Shown: one piece after another, positions 43,851 through 52,911 of the stretch
How the letters are laid out: every line of letters starts with the position of its first letter
How positions within the stretch are numbered: the stretch's first letter is position 1
NCBI GenBank assembly: GCA_016209495.1
Contig: JACQVX010000082.1
Coordinates: 1-54,912, forward strand
DNA from: Planctomycetota bacterium
GTDB lineage: Bacteria; Planctomycetota; JACQVX01
Direction: 5' to 3'
Length of the DNA: 54,912 nucleotides
Position numbers and translations under genes: made by a program
The notes under the pieces: model-generated
Told to the model about the DNA's origin: nothing
Seen by the model: the letters and a program-made list of their open reading frames with translations, nothing else
Databases searched by the model: none

Positions 43851-45113
43851 ATGTCGGGGGCGAGTCGCAAGGGCCTGGCCGCCGCTGCGCGGCGATTCTG
43901 GCCGCTCGTGTCGCTTGTGGCCGTGGCGGTCCTCGTCGTGGGCGCCAACGCCTGGATGCTCCACGAGAAGAAGGCGCGTGGGGGCGAGGTGGAATCGACA
44001 CCGGCTGCGACCCTGCCTGCGGCCCCTCCGGCGGTGGACCTGCCCCAGGGGACGGCGTTGGCCGGGTTCCTCGCGGCCTTCGGGGATCGCATCGAGGCGC
44101 TGGAGGAGCGCGCCGCTGCGGACGGCGAGCGCTCCCGGACCACGGAGCTTGCGCTCCGCAGGCAGGGCGAGACCCTGGCCGAGGTGGACCGCACGCTGCG
44201 GGAGCTTCGAGGCTCCCTTGATGCCGCCGCGGGGCTTTCCCATGAGGCGAACGAGCGTTCATCGAGCGCCATCGACCAGGTGCGGGACATCCTGCGCGAG
44301 GCCGCGGCGCCGGCGGCGATGGCCCCCGCCCTGGATGTGTCCCTCCTCGCCGCTGCGTCCGCCGGCCCCCGGGTGGCGCGGCTCCAGCGTCTGCAGTGGG
44401 GGCCGGTGGCGCCGGCCCAGGCGCTCGCGGTCGAGCGAGCGCCCAAGCGCTACCTACAGCTCCCGGCCGGGGCCTTCGCCCGCGCCACGCTCCTCACGGG
44501 CGTCTATGCCCCGGTCACGAAGGGCGAGCAGCCGCTCCCCGTCCTCCTACGCCTCAGGGAGGCCTTCCAGGGCCCGAACGCCCGGCGGGTCCCGCTCGCG
44601 GATGCCTTCCTCATCGGGAAGGCCGTGGGGGACGCCAACTCCGAGCGGGCCATCGTCGAGCTCGAGCGGCTCTCGGTGGTGTTGCCCGATGGCGAGGTCT
44701 TCGAGTCCGAGGTGGTGGGCTACGTGGCCGCCGCCGACGGGCAGCAGGGCCTACCGGGCCGCTACGAGTGGAACGCCGAGCGCCTGGTGCCTGCGCGCAT
44801 GGCCGCCGGAGGCTTCGCCGGCGCGGCCGAGGCGCTCTCCGAGGGCGAAGCCACCCGGGTCGTCACTCCCGCGGGCGGGGTGGCCGAGGTCGTCACGGGG
44901 AATGCCGGACGGCGCGCGGCCCTGCACGGCCTGGCGGCGGGCTTCGAGGAGCTGGGCGCGGTCTTCCAGGAGCGCATCGCCGAAATAGGCCCCGCCATCG
45001 TCGTGGAGAACGGCGCCGAGGTCTCCGTGGTGATGCTGCGGGGGACGACCATCGAGGGCTACGAGGTGGAGGAAGGAGGGGGCGATGCCTCTATCTGGCA
45101 CACGGTGGACTAG
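43851..45113 (+). CDS. traB: TraB/VirB10-like T4SS core protein
   Basis: TM, coiled-coil, 'LPAGAFARATLLTGVYAP', 'PVLLRL', 'FLIGKAVGDANSERA', 'DGQQGLPG'. Confidence 0.85.
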   Translation: MSGASRKGLAAAARRFWPLVSLVAVAVLVVGANAWMLHEKKARGGEVESTPAATLPAAPPAVDLPQGTALAGFLAAFGDRIEALEERAAADGERSRTTELALRRQGETLAEVDRTLRELRGSLDAAAGLSHEANERSSSAIDQVRDILREAAAPAAMAPALDVSLLAAASAGPRVARLQRLQWGPVAPAQALAVERAPKRYLQLPAGAFARATLLTGVYAPVTKGEQPLPVLLRLREAFQGPNARRVPLADAFLIGKAVGDANSERAIVELERLSVVLPDGEVFESEVVGYVAAADGQQGLPGRYEWNAERLVPARMAAGGFAGAAEALSEGEATRVVTPAGGVAEVVTGNAGRRAALHGLAAGFEELGAVFQERIAEIGPAIVVENGAEVSVVMLRGTTIEGYEVEEGGGDASIWHTVD

Positions 45114-45558
45114 CCTCGTCCTCTTCACCCTGGCCGGCTGCGCGGGGACGCACCCGGCAGCGGGGGGGCGCCCGGTGGGCGATGTCTACCGCGAATCGAG
45201 CGGGCGGGGCGCCGTGGCCGCGGAAGGGCGCCTCTCGCGGGAGCTTCGCGTGCAGGAGCCCCGCGGAACCGTGCGGCCCTACGTGCCGGTGCTCTCGCAC
45301 CCGGAGGTCTTCAGCGTCTACGTCGTGCCACACACGACCGAGGGGGGCACGGTCAGCGTGCAGGGGCACTGGGTCCATATCCGATTGCGCGAGGCGCGCT
45401 GGTGGCACGAGGGACACGAAGAGGCGCCGAGCTTCGGCCTCGAGCACTTGAATGCGCTCATGCCCTTCCGGCCTGGCCCCGCCCCCGAGGCGCCCGAGTC
45501 GCCACCGGCACCCGAGCCGCGCATGGAAGAGATCACCCCGGACGAGGGGGCGCGCTAG
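45085..45558 (+). CDS. traV: TraV-like lipoprotein
   Basis: Lipobox 'LAGC'; 'VPVLSHPEVFSVYVVPH...GHWVHIRLREARW'. Confidence 0.7.
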   Translation: MPLSGTRWTSLVLFTLAGCAGTHPAAGGRPVGDVYRESSGRGAVAAEGRLSRELRVQEPRGTVRPYVPVLSHPEVFSVYVVPHTTEGGTVSVQGHWVHIRLREARWWHEGHEEAPSFGLEHLNALMPFRPGPAPEAPESPPAPEPRMEEITPDEGAR

Positions 45559-48500
45559 TGGTCGGCCTCACCCGGGAGCGCCTGCGGGCCCTCTATAGCG
45601 ACGGGCCTTCCTTCCCCTACTACCTGCCCTGGCACAGCGTCGATCCCGAGGGCCATGGGGTGGCCCTCGTGGATGGCAGCCTGGGCCTGGTGTGGGAGGT
45701 GACCCCGGCCGCCTCTGACACCCTGAGCGAAGAGGCCCTCTCGGCGCTCTCGGACGGGATCGAGGGCCTCTTCGCGCGGTTGCCCGACGGTGCGGTGGTG
45801 CAGTTTGTCGCCACCTCCGATCAGGAGCTGGGCGAGGCCCTGGCGCGCTACGAGGCACACACGAAGTGCCGCGAGGGCATGGGCGCCCTCGTCCTGGAGT
45901 CGAAGCTCGCCAAGGTGGGCCAGCGGGAGCCCCACTTCACCCACCAGGGCCTGCCCTTCCGCAGCCGGCGGATTCGCACCCTCATGACGCTGCGGCTCTG
46001 TCCCGACTGGGGCCGCCCCGGGCTGGGGGATCGCATCGCCTACACCCTGGGACGCGGTAACGTCATCGCCCGTCGCTTCCGCGCGGGCTACGTGCGTGCG
46101 CGGCGAAGGATCCTGCAGGTGGGCGTTCAGGTGGAGGAGCTCCTGGGCCAGCTCGGGATCGGCTGCCGGCGGCTCGATGCGGACGCGGTGGTCGACGTCC
46201 TCTACCGCGCCCTCAACCCCGCGCGGGCTCGGCGCCTGGCCGCGCCGCGCTACGAGACGCTCACGGCGGACGGGGCGAGTCTGCGGGCGAACCTCGTCTA
46301 CTCGGAGCCTGCGCTGGGGGCCTCGGGCTTCTCCCTGGAGGGCGTGGAGTCCCGGGTAGTGACGCTGAAGTCGCTCGCCCCCCACACCACGCCCGGCTGT
46401 ATCACGGGCGAGATCGACTTCGGCGGGGCCTTCTTCTCCCTCATGGACCTCACGAGCGACCTCACCCTCGTCTACAACATCGAGGTCCCACCCCGGGCCA
46501 CCGTGCGGGACTTCCTCGACGCCCGAAAGTCCCACGCCTGGCGCGCCATGGGCGGTCAGCTCCACGACGTCTCCGTCGAGAACCGCGCCCTGAAGGAGGA
46601 GGTGGACGAGGCCATCCTCGCCACCAAGGTCCAGAACCAGCGCCTGCTCTTCGCCCGGCTGCACCTGGTCGTCAGCGGCCGCGAGCCAGACGAGCTGGAC
46701 TCGCGAAGCGACCGGGTCCTGGGGGCCCTGGGGCGCCTCGGTTTCGAGGGCATGGTGGAGGACGCCTATGGGGCGAGCCTCTGGCTCTCGACCCTCCCCC
46801 TGGCCTTCGACCCAGCCAACGACCGCTCGCTGAAGCGCGCCCGGCGCGTCCTCTCGCCCAACCTGGCCGACATGCTGCCGCTCTATGGCACGTGGCGTGG
46901 CACGCCCACCCCCGACCTCCTCTTCCTGAACCGACGCGGCGAGCCCGCCACGTTCAGCTTCTTCGACAGCGATAGCGCCCCCCACGGGATCCTGGCGGGG
47001 CGCACCGGCGCCGGAAAGAGCTTCTGGGTGAACCAGATGCTCCTCTCGGTGATGCGCCTCGGTAGCCACGTCTTCATCTTCGACAAGGGGAACTCCTACC
47101 GGCGGCTCTGCGGCCTCCTGGGCGGCCAGTACGTGGTCGCGAGCCCCGATCACCCGAGGACCATCAACCCCTTCGCGGGGCGCTTCTCCCGGGAGAGGCT
47201 GCGATTCCTCGTCTCGCTCCTGGCCGAGATGGCCCAGGGGACGCGCCCCGACGAGGTCATCACGAAGCGGGAGAAGGCCCAGCTTGCGCGGGCCATCACG
47301 GCGGCCTACCGCGCCAAGGAGCGGTGGGTGCGCTACCGCCCCTCGGCGGGGCCCCCGGTAGGGGCGGTGGAATGCCGGAGGCGAGTGCGCCTGGAGCTCC
47401 CGCTCGGCCGGACGGACTGGCCCGCCGCCAAGGGCCTCTCTCGCGTGGCCGCCCTGCGGCTGCCCGGGCGCTGGACGGAGCAGCTCTCGGGAGGGACGGA
47501 CGCCGTCGATGCCATTCACGCCTGGGTGGAGTCCACCGTCGAAGCGATCCGCCGCGTGGGACTCGTCCCGGATCACCGCCATGACCCCTATCGCTTCGAG
47601 GGCGAGGGGGCGCCGGAGGACCCCCTGCGGGAGGTCTATGTCCCGGGGACGATCCGCGTCCTCTACGAGCGCGAAGAGGACCTGGGGCGCCTCGCGGGGC
47701 AAGGGCTCGCCGCCGACCCCGTGGAGGGAGAGCGCGTCCTGGAGGTCGGAACCGACGACGAGCTCGGCGCGCTTCTGGCCTCGGAGCCTCGCCTCGTAGG
47801 GGAAGCCAACGACGAGGCTCTGGCCCTCGTGGCCGAGGAGGTCACGCTCCGGGATGTGGTCCGCGTCCTGGGCGAGGAATCGGATCTGGCAGCCCGGATG
47901 TCCGCCTTCTGGGGCGAGGGCCCCTACGCCGGTTTCTTCGATGGGCCCAACGAGGTGGACTTCAGCCACCCCCTGACCGTCTTCGAGATGGCGGAGATAG
48001 GCTCTGACCGGGACCTCGCCACGGTCATGCTGCTCGTGCTCATGCACCGAATCACCGACTTCGTCCAGGACGAGGCCCTACGCGGCAAGCAGAAGTATCT
48101 CCTCCTGGACGAGGCCTGGACCTTCCTCAAGAGCGAGAACACCGCCGGTTTCCTGGAGAACGCCTACCGGACGTTCAGGAAGTTCGGGACCTGCGTGCTC
48201 ATGATCACCCAGCAGGCGAGCGACTTCACCGCCACGCCGGCCGGCGTGGCCATCCGCGCCAACGCCCCCAACCGGGTCCTCCTGGAGCAGGCCCCCGACG
48301 TGGTGGGTCTCATGGCCCGCGACCTGGACCTGGACGAGAAGCACACCCGGGTGCTCAAGGGCGTGCGCACGGTGAAGGGCAAGTACTCCGAGGCCCTGGT
48401 CATCTCCTCGGGGGGCTCCGGCGTGCTCCGGGTCGTGCCGGACCCGGTGAGCTACTGGCTCTCGACGACGGATGCGGCCGATGTGGCCTATCTGAACCGT

Positions 48501-48593
48501 CTGCAGCACGAGCGAGGCGAACTCCTCTCGGCGCTGCGGGAGGCGGCGGGGCGTTACCCCGGAGGCTTGCGAGGGGAGGAGGTCAAGGTATGA
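45558..48593 (+). CDS. traC: TraC/VirB4 conjugative ATPase
   Basis: Walker A 'ILAGRTGAGKSF', 'FIFDKGNSY', 'INPF', Walker B 'LLLDEAW', 'YRTFRKFG...ITQ', 'KGKYSE'. Confidence 0.93.
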   Translation: MVGLTRERLRALYSDGPSFPYYLPWHSVDPEGHGVALVDGSLGLVWEVTPAASDTLSEEALSALSDGIEGLFARLPDGAVVQFVATSDQELGEALARYEAHTKCREGMGALVLESKLAKVGQREPHFTHQGLPFRSRRIRTLMTLRLCPDWGRPGLGDRIAYTLGRGNVIARRFRAGYVRARRRILQVGVQVEELLGQLGIGCRRLDADAVVDVLYRALNPARARRLAAPRYETLTADGASLRANLVYSEPALGASGFSLEGVESRVVTLKSLAPHTTPGCITGEIDFGGAFFSLMDLTSDLTLVYNIEVPPRATVRDFLDARKSHAWRAMGGQLHDVSVENRALKEEVDEAILATKVQNQRLLFARLHLVVSGREPDELDSRSDRVLGALGRLGFEGMVEDAYGASLWLSTLPLAFDPANDRSLKRARRVLSPNLADMLPLYGTWRGTPTPDLLFLNRRGEPATFSFFDSDSAPHGILAGRTGAGKSFWVNQMLLSVMRLGSHVFIFDKGNSYRRLCGLLGGQYVVASPDHPRTINPFAGRFSRERLRFLVSLLAEMAQGTRPDEVITKREKAQLARAITAAYRAKERWVRYRPSAGPPVGAVECRRRVRLELPLGRTDWPAAKGLSRVAALRLPGRWTEQLSGGTDAVDAIHAWVESTVEAIRRVGLVPDHRHDPYRFEGEGAPEDPLREVYVPGTIRVLYEREEDLGRLAGQGLAADPVEGERVLEVGTDDELGALLASEPRLVGEANDEALALVAEEVTLRDVVRVLGEESDLAARMSAFWGEGPYAGFFDGPNEVDFSHPLTVFEMAEIGSDRDLATVMLLVLMHRITDFVQDEALRGKQKYLLLDEAWTFLKSENTAGFLENAYRTFRKFGTCVLMITQQASDFTATPAGVAIRANAPNRVLLEQAPDVVGLMARDLDLDEKHTRVLKGVRTVKGKYSEALVISSGGSGVLRVVPDPVSYWLSTTDAADVAYLNRLQHERGELLSALREAAGRYPGGLRGEEVKV

Positions 48594-48729
48594 GTCCCCT
48601 GCAAGAACCCCCATTTTCGCCAGAATCAGGGATGCCTGGTCCGCCCGATGCCTCAGAAGTAGGGTTTCTGCGCATCCTGCGACGGGCAGGATCCGGCTCG
48701 GGACATTCTACGGGGGAGTCAAGGTATGA
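48582..48729. repeat. 12-bp direct repeat flanking a 124-bp structured insert
   Basis: GTCAAGGTATGA at 48582-48593 (traC stop) and 48718-48729 (start of the next gene). Confidence 0.75.
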
Positions 48730-49022
48730 AGCGATGGACGCTCACGGCGCTTCTCGTCCTGGCAGGCTGTTCGGGCCTGGGCGAACGAGACCGCGCCTGG
48801 GTGCGCGACGAGGTGAGGCGCTCCGTGCGTTCGGCCCTGGCCGAGCGCGAGCGGCCCTCGGCCTACGAGTGGGTGGAGCCCCAGTTCCAGATGGTGCACG
48901 AACCCGCCCACATCGAAGGGGGCGCCTTCCACCCCGCCCAGGAGCGGTCGGTGATCATCGAAGCGGGGGAGTGGCGCGCGGCCCCCCAACGCAAGAAGCG
49001 CGAGATACGTCGTGAACGCTAG
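48726..49022 (+). CDS. Small lipoprotein of the tra cluster
   Basis: 'MKRWTLTALLVLAGC' lipobox; the C-terminus 'PAHIEGGAFHPA...IIEAGEW' is loosely TraV-like. Confidence 0.75.
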   Translation: MKRWTLTALLVLAGCSGLGERDRAWVRDEVRRSVRSALAERERPSAYEWVEPQFQMVHEPAHIEGGAFHPAQERSVIIEAGEWRAAPQRKKREIRRER

Positions 49023-49572
49023 CGCGCTCTCCTGGGCGCTCGCCGGTGTCGCGCTCTCGGGCGCTCTCCTCGTGGAGAGGCCCGTGGTGGATCACGGCCA
49101 CGCGGGCACACCCACGGTCAGCGTCGACCTCGACGCCATCGAGGCCACCCATGAACGCGCGCGAGCGGCCTTCGAGGCGCCAGAGGTCGCTCCGCCTCTC
49201 GCCGAGCCAACGGACGCCCAGGCCATCCTCTCGCTCTCCTTCCGGACCGCGCTGTCGCGGGCGAGCGGTCCCGAGACCGTGCGGCGCCTGAGCGCGAGCG
49301 CCGAACGCCGCTTCCTCCCCGCCGGGACCGAGCTCTTCTTCTACGCGGCCGACGCCCCCGAGGACCTTGTGGCCCTCGCGGCCCTCCCGCCCCACGTGGA
49401 GGCCTATTGCATCCGATACACGAGCCTCCGGCAGGTCTTCGATGGGGCCAGGGGCCGCCGCGTGCAACCCCTGGCCGATGACCACCTCCCGCGAGCCCTG
49501 GGTGTCGCGGCCTACCCCGCGCGTGTGGTGGTCCTCTTCGATGGAGCGCTGGAGATCCATGAAGGGCTTTGA
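49012..49572 (+). CDS. Exported T4SS accessory protein (TraW/PFL_4695-like C-terminus)
   Basis: Signal-like N-terminus; 'PLADDHLPRALGVAAYPARVVV...LEIHEG'; position before traU. Confidence 0.55.
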   Translation: MNASALSWALAGVALSGALLVERPVVDHGHAGTPTVSVDLDAIEATHERARAAFEAPEVAPPLAEPTDAQAILSLSFRTALSRASGPETVRRLSASAERRFLPAGTELFFYAADAPEDLVALAALPPHVEAYCIRYTSLRQVFDGARGRRVQPLADDHLPRALGVAAYPARVVVLFDGALEIHEGL

Positions 49573-50545
49573 ATGGCTCGGGCTCTCGATAGCCCTCCTC
49601 GTGGGCGGCTCGCCCCCCCTGGGCTCGCACAACGAGGCGACCATCGTCGCCGCCACTGACTGGTCCACGGTGCTTCGCACCTGGCGCTTCAAGGGGGTCT
49701 GCGTCTGCGGGGGACCCATCCCGGAGGTCGGACCGCGCACGGAGAACGCCTTCCCCACGGGGGTGGTGGAGGCCGTGAAGCAGCCTGGGGCGAGCTACCT
49801 GGCCACTGCGGCCACCGCGGCCACGAACGTGGCCACCGAGGCCGCTACGGCCCTGGCGGGCCTCACCCTGGGGGCGGGGGAGCTCTCGAGCAGTCATTCA
49901 GGCCGCGGGCTCGGCGAGACCGGGACCCAGTTCCTGGAGACCCATGTCTATTCCTACCCCGCCGTCTCGCTCGCCGCGGCGCTGGGGACCGTGCCCGGCC
50001 TCTGCGGGCCCTACGCGGGGGTGGCGGACGTCATGGTGCCCCACTACTACTCGGAGCTCGACGCCCTGGCCTGGCGGACAGGGACCGGGGACCTCTTCGA
50101 CTTCGCTGGCGCGCTCTCCTACTACGCGGGCACGCTCGGGGCCTGCTCCGCCTCGGTCGTCCCGGGGGTGGGGTCGCTCTCGGGCCTGTTCTGCGCCGGG
50201 ACCTGGGGACCCCTCTACCCGCGCCGGGGCTTCGTCACAGGGCATAGCGAGGTGGTGGCGGCCCACCTCCTGGCCGGGCGGGCCTTGCAGGTGGCCATGG
50301 TCCCCACGGGACGCATCGTGACCTGGCCCTACGCCTACCCCGCCCTCCAGGGCCACTACTGGCAGATGGTCGAACCCTCCTGGCGGCCTGGCTACCAGAT
50401 TGGTCAGGGCATCGCCACGACGGAGGCCGCCACGACCTCGGCGCGCGGCGGCTACCTCTTCGTCCACTTCCCCATCCTGGAGTGCTGCCTCCCCTGCTAC
50501 CCCAGCCGGCCCGTGGGACCGCGCGCCGTGGCGAGTCCCCTGTGA
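49559..50545 (+). CDS. traU: TraU-family pilus assembly protein
   Basis: Cys-rich; 'GVCVC', 'YYSELDALAWR', 'CAGTWGPLYPRRGFV', 'WQMVEP', 'ECC'. Confidence 0.85.
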   Translation: MKGFEWLGLSIALLVGGSPPLGSHNEATIVAATDWSTVLRTWRFKGVCVCGGPIPEVGPRTENAFPTGVVEAVKQPGASYLATAATAATNVATEAATALAGLTLGAGELSSSHSGRGLGETGTQFLETHVYSYPAVSLAAALGTVPGLCGPYAGVADVMVPHYYSELDALAWRTGTGDLFDFAGALSYYAGTLGACSASVVPGVGSLSGLFCAGTWGPLYPRRGFVTGHSEVVAAHLLAGRALQVAMVPTGRIVTWPYAYPALQGHYWQMVEPSWRPGYQIGQGIATTEAATTSARGGYLFVHFPILECCLPCYPSRPVGPRAVASPL

Positions 50546-50991
50546 TGCGCCAGGTCGCCCTCTCTGCCCTCGTCCTGGGCGTGGCCGTCCTCGCCCGGGC
50601 GCAAGACGCCTGGGACGCGCCCGCGCTCACCCCCAAGGAAGTGCGCTCCGCCCGGCTCACCCTCTTCCTCTCCCTCGATGCCCCCGAGGCCGATCGGGCG
50701 CTACGGGCCGGTCGGGCCTTCGAGCGAACGCACCCCGAGGTCGTCTTCGACCCCGTGCTCCTCGTGGACCTGGACCGGCTCTCCTCGGTCGGGAAGGACC
50801 CCGAGCTCGTCCGGCGCATGCAGGCCCTCTCGGCCAGCGGCGAGGGCTTCGCCATGGTGGGGACCGTGCCTGCGGCCCGCCGCTTCGGAATAGCCGAGGT
50901 GCCCGCCTTCGTGCTGGAGGTGGGCGGGAGGGCGCACCGGATCACCGGGGTCCCGGACCTGGAGGACTTCTACAGGAGGTGCATCCGATGA
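50545..50991 (+). CDS. TrbC (F-type)-like pilus assembly protein
   Basis: Signal peptide, 'LTLFLSLD', 'ARRFGIAEVPAFVL...RITG'; follows traU as in F-type systems. Confidence 0.6.
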   Translation: MRQVALSALVLGVAVLARAQDAWDAPALTPKEVRSARLTLFLSLDAPEADRALRAGRAFERTHPEVVFDPVLLVDLDRLSSVGKDPELVRRMQALSASGEGFAMVGTVPAARRFGIAEVPAFVLEVGGRAHRITGVPDLEDFYRRCIR

Positions 50992-51635
50992 AGCTCACGG
51001 CCCTCGCCGTCATGCTCCTGACCGCGCCCGGCTGGTTCGACGACCCGGTGGACTTCTGGGATAGGAGGGCCCCTGTCCTGGCCCCTCAGGCACCAAGCCC
51101 AGCGCCGCGCCCTGCCGCCGTGGAGCAGCCCGCCGTCGAGGAGTCCATCTGGGCCGAGCCCACGCGACTCCCCGACGGACGCTGGGTCATCTACCTCCCC
51201 CCCGCGCCGGTCCTCGCCCACCTCACGAACCCCACCCGGGAAAGCGCCCGGGCCTACCTTGCCTGGCAACGCGAGCGCACCGAGACCATCGCGCGGGCCG
51301 CGGCGCTGGTACAGGAAGTCGCCGAGGAGGACGAGGTGCGGCCCACGCCCCAGCCCCTCACCCCGGGCCAGGCCCCGCGCTACCAGCTCCTCTACTTCTT
51401 CCGGCCCGACTGCCCACACTGCGAGCGCCAGGGGCCCCTCCTCGGCGAGTGGGCCGCAAGGCACAAGGACGTCGCCCTCTCCGCCCTCGACCCCGCGAGC
51501 GAGCAAGGGCGCGCGTTCGGCGTCACCGTGACTCCCACGCTCGTCCTCCTCGACACCGAGACCCATGAGGCCACCCGCCACGACGGCTACGCCGAGGCGG
51601 CCACGCTGGAGGCCATGCTGGAGACGCTTCGATGA
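50988..51635 (+). CDS. TraF/TrbB-like thioredoxin-fold protein
   Basis: 'NPTRESARAYLAWQ', 'LLYFFRPDCPHCERQ', 'FGVTVTPTLVL'. Confidence 0.8.
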   Translation: MKLTALAVMLLTAPGWFDDPVDFWDRRAPVLAPQAPSPAPRPAAVEQPAVEESIWAEPTRLPDGRWVIYLPPAPVLAHLTNPTRESARAYLAWQRERTETIARAAALVQEVAEEDEVRPTPQPLTPGQAPRYQLLYFFRPDCPHCERQGPLLGEWAARHKDVALSALDPASEQGRAFGVTVTPTLVLLDTETHEATRHDGYAEAATLEAMLETLR

Positions 51636-52906
51636 GGTGGGCCCTCCTGGCCGTCTTCTTCCTCGCGCTTCCGGCCTGGGCCGACGAGTACGAAGAGGCC
51701 CTGGACGACGCCTCCCGCGGCTACCCCGCGGTGCAGGGCGACGACTCGGGCTACCTCTACCGGGCCGGCTACCGCTTCCACCCCGTCCAGACCGCCCGCC
51801 TCGGCCCCCGGCAGAACCTGCTCGATATCCGCGCGAAGCTCTCCCCCCCCGGGGCCGGCTGCGGGGCCTTCGACTTCCTCACGAACTACCGCTACCTCTT
51901 CAACCAGCACGCCGCCGAGAACTACCTGAAGAGCATCACGACGAACGTCGTGGCCGCCGCGCCCCTGGTGGTGGCCTGCTACGCCAGCCCCACGCTCTGC
52001 GACGCCTTCAAGCACTTCAAGACCATGGCCAACCTCTCCATCGACACCGCCTACGCTCGCTGCGACGCCGTGCAGGACGCGGTCCTCGACTGGGGCTCGA
52101 ACCTCTACAACAAACAGAAGGCCGAGTGCCTGGACGAGAAGGGCGCCCAGGGCGTGCCCCTGGAGGAGGCCCTGCGCGCGTGTTCCGGCGTCCACGAGAT
52201 CGCCAACCTCTCGGGCCGAAAGCAAGGCGAGGTGAACCTCATCGACGACGCCTTCGACTACATGAAGGACCCCGACCCCGCCCACCGGACGCTCGCCCGA
52301 CACGTCTTCGGGGACCTCACAGTGCGAGCGGACGGCCAGGTCTTCTCCACCCGGGCGAAGGGGGGGATTCGCATCATCTACAACACCACCCTCGACGAGA
52401 AGGTGGACCGCTGGCAGCGACTGCTCTCGCGGGTGAAGGCCGGCCGGCCCGTGGACCCCACCGACCTGCGCGACCTCTCCACGCCCGCGCTCCCCATCAC
52501 CGAGGAGGTGGTCCAGTCGGTGGCGAGCCTCGCCCCTTCCAAGCAGGCGGTGGCCGTCTCCTCCATCGCGAGCGCCACCGCCATGGCCGAGGTCCAATCG
52601 CGGGTCCACCAATTGGACGAGAAGCTCGCCGGGGTCCAGACCGACGCCGCCAGGACGAACCCCGACCTCGTCGAGCAGCTTCGCACCGAGCGCACCCGGG
52701 TGGCCGAGCAGCTCGAGAACATGCTCCGCGAGGAGCGCCAGAGCGCCCAGCTCGCCCAGACCGTCCTCTCGGTCCTGCGCGAGGCCGAGGGCGATAGCGT
52801 GCGCACCCTCTCCACCCTGCGAGGGAGCGCCGGCAGCCTCAAGCGCAGCCGCCATGGCGCGGGCCAACGAGGGAGCTACGGCGGACTCACCATCTACCGG
52901 CCCTGA
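51632..52906 (+). CDS. TraH-like / ICE exported conjugation protein
   Basis: Signal peptide, 'GAGCGAFDF', several Cys, C-terminal coiled-coil; directly before traG. Confidence 0.65.
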   Translation: MRWALLAVFFLALPAWADEYEEALDDASRGYPAVQGDDSGYLYRAGYRFHPVQTARLGPRQNLLDIRAKLSPPGAGCGAFDFLTNYRYLFNQHAAENYLKSITTNVVAAAPLVVACYASPTLCDAFKHFKTMANLSIDTAYARCDAVQDAVLDWGSNLYNKQKAECLDEKGAQGVPLEEALRACSGVHEIANLSGRKQGEVNLIDDAFDYMKDPDPAHRTLARHVFGDLTVRADGQVFSTRAKGGIRIIYNTTLDEKVDRWQRLLSRVKAGRPVDPTDLRDLSTPALPITEEVVQSVASLAPSKQAVAVSSIASATAMAEVQSRVHQLDEKLAGVQTDAARTNPDLVEQLRTERTRVAEQLENMLREERQSAQLAQTVLSVLREAEGDSVRTLSTLRGSAGSLKRSRHGAGQRGSYGGLTIYRP

Positions 52907-52911
52907 GCCCC

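Noticed and set aside
47320-47845. Intein in TraC
   Set aside because: No C-terminal His-Asn followed by Cys/Ser/Thr and no endonuclease motifs; kept only as an unexplained insertion.
48590-49015. 141-aa ORF starting at the traC stop
   Set aside because: It arises from the duplicated ATG of the 12-bp repeat and overlaps the better supported lipoprotein gene at 48726 in another frame.
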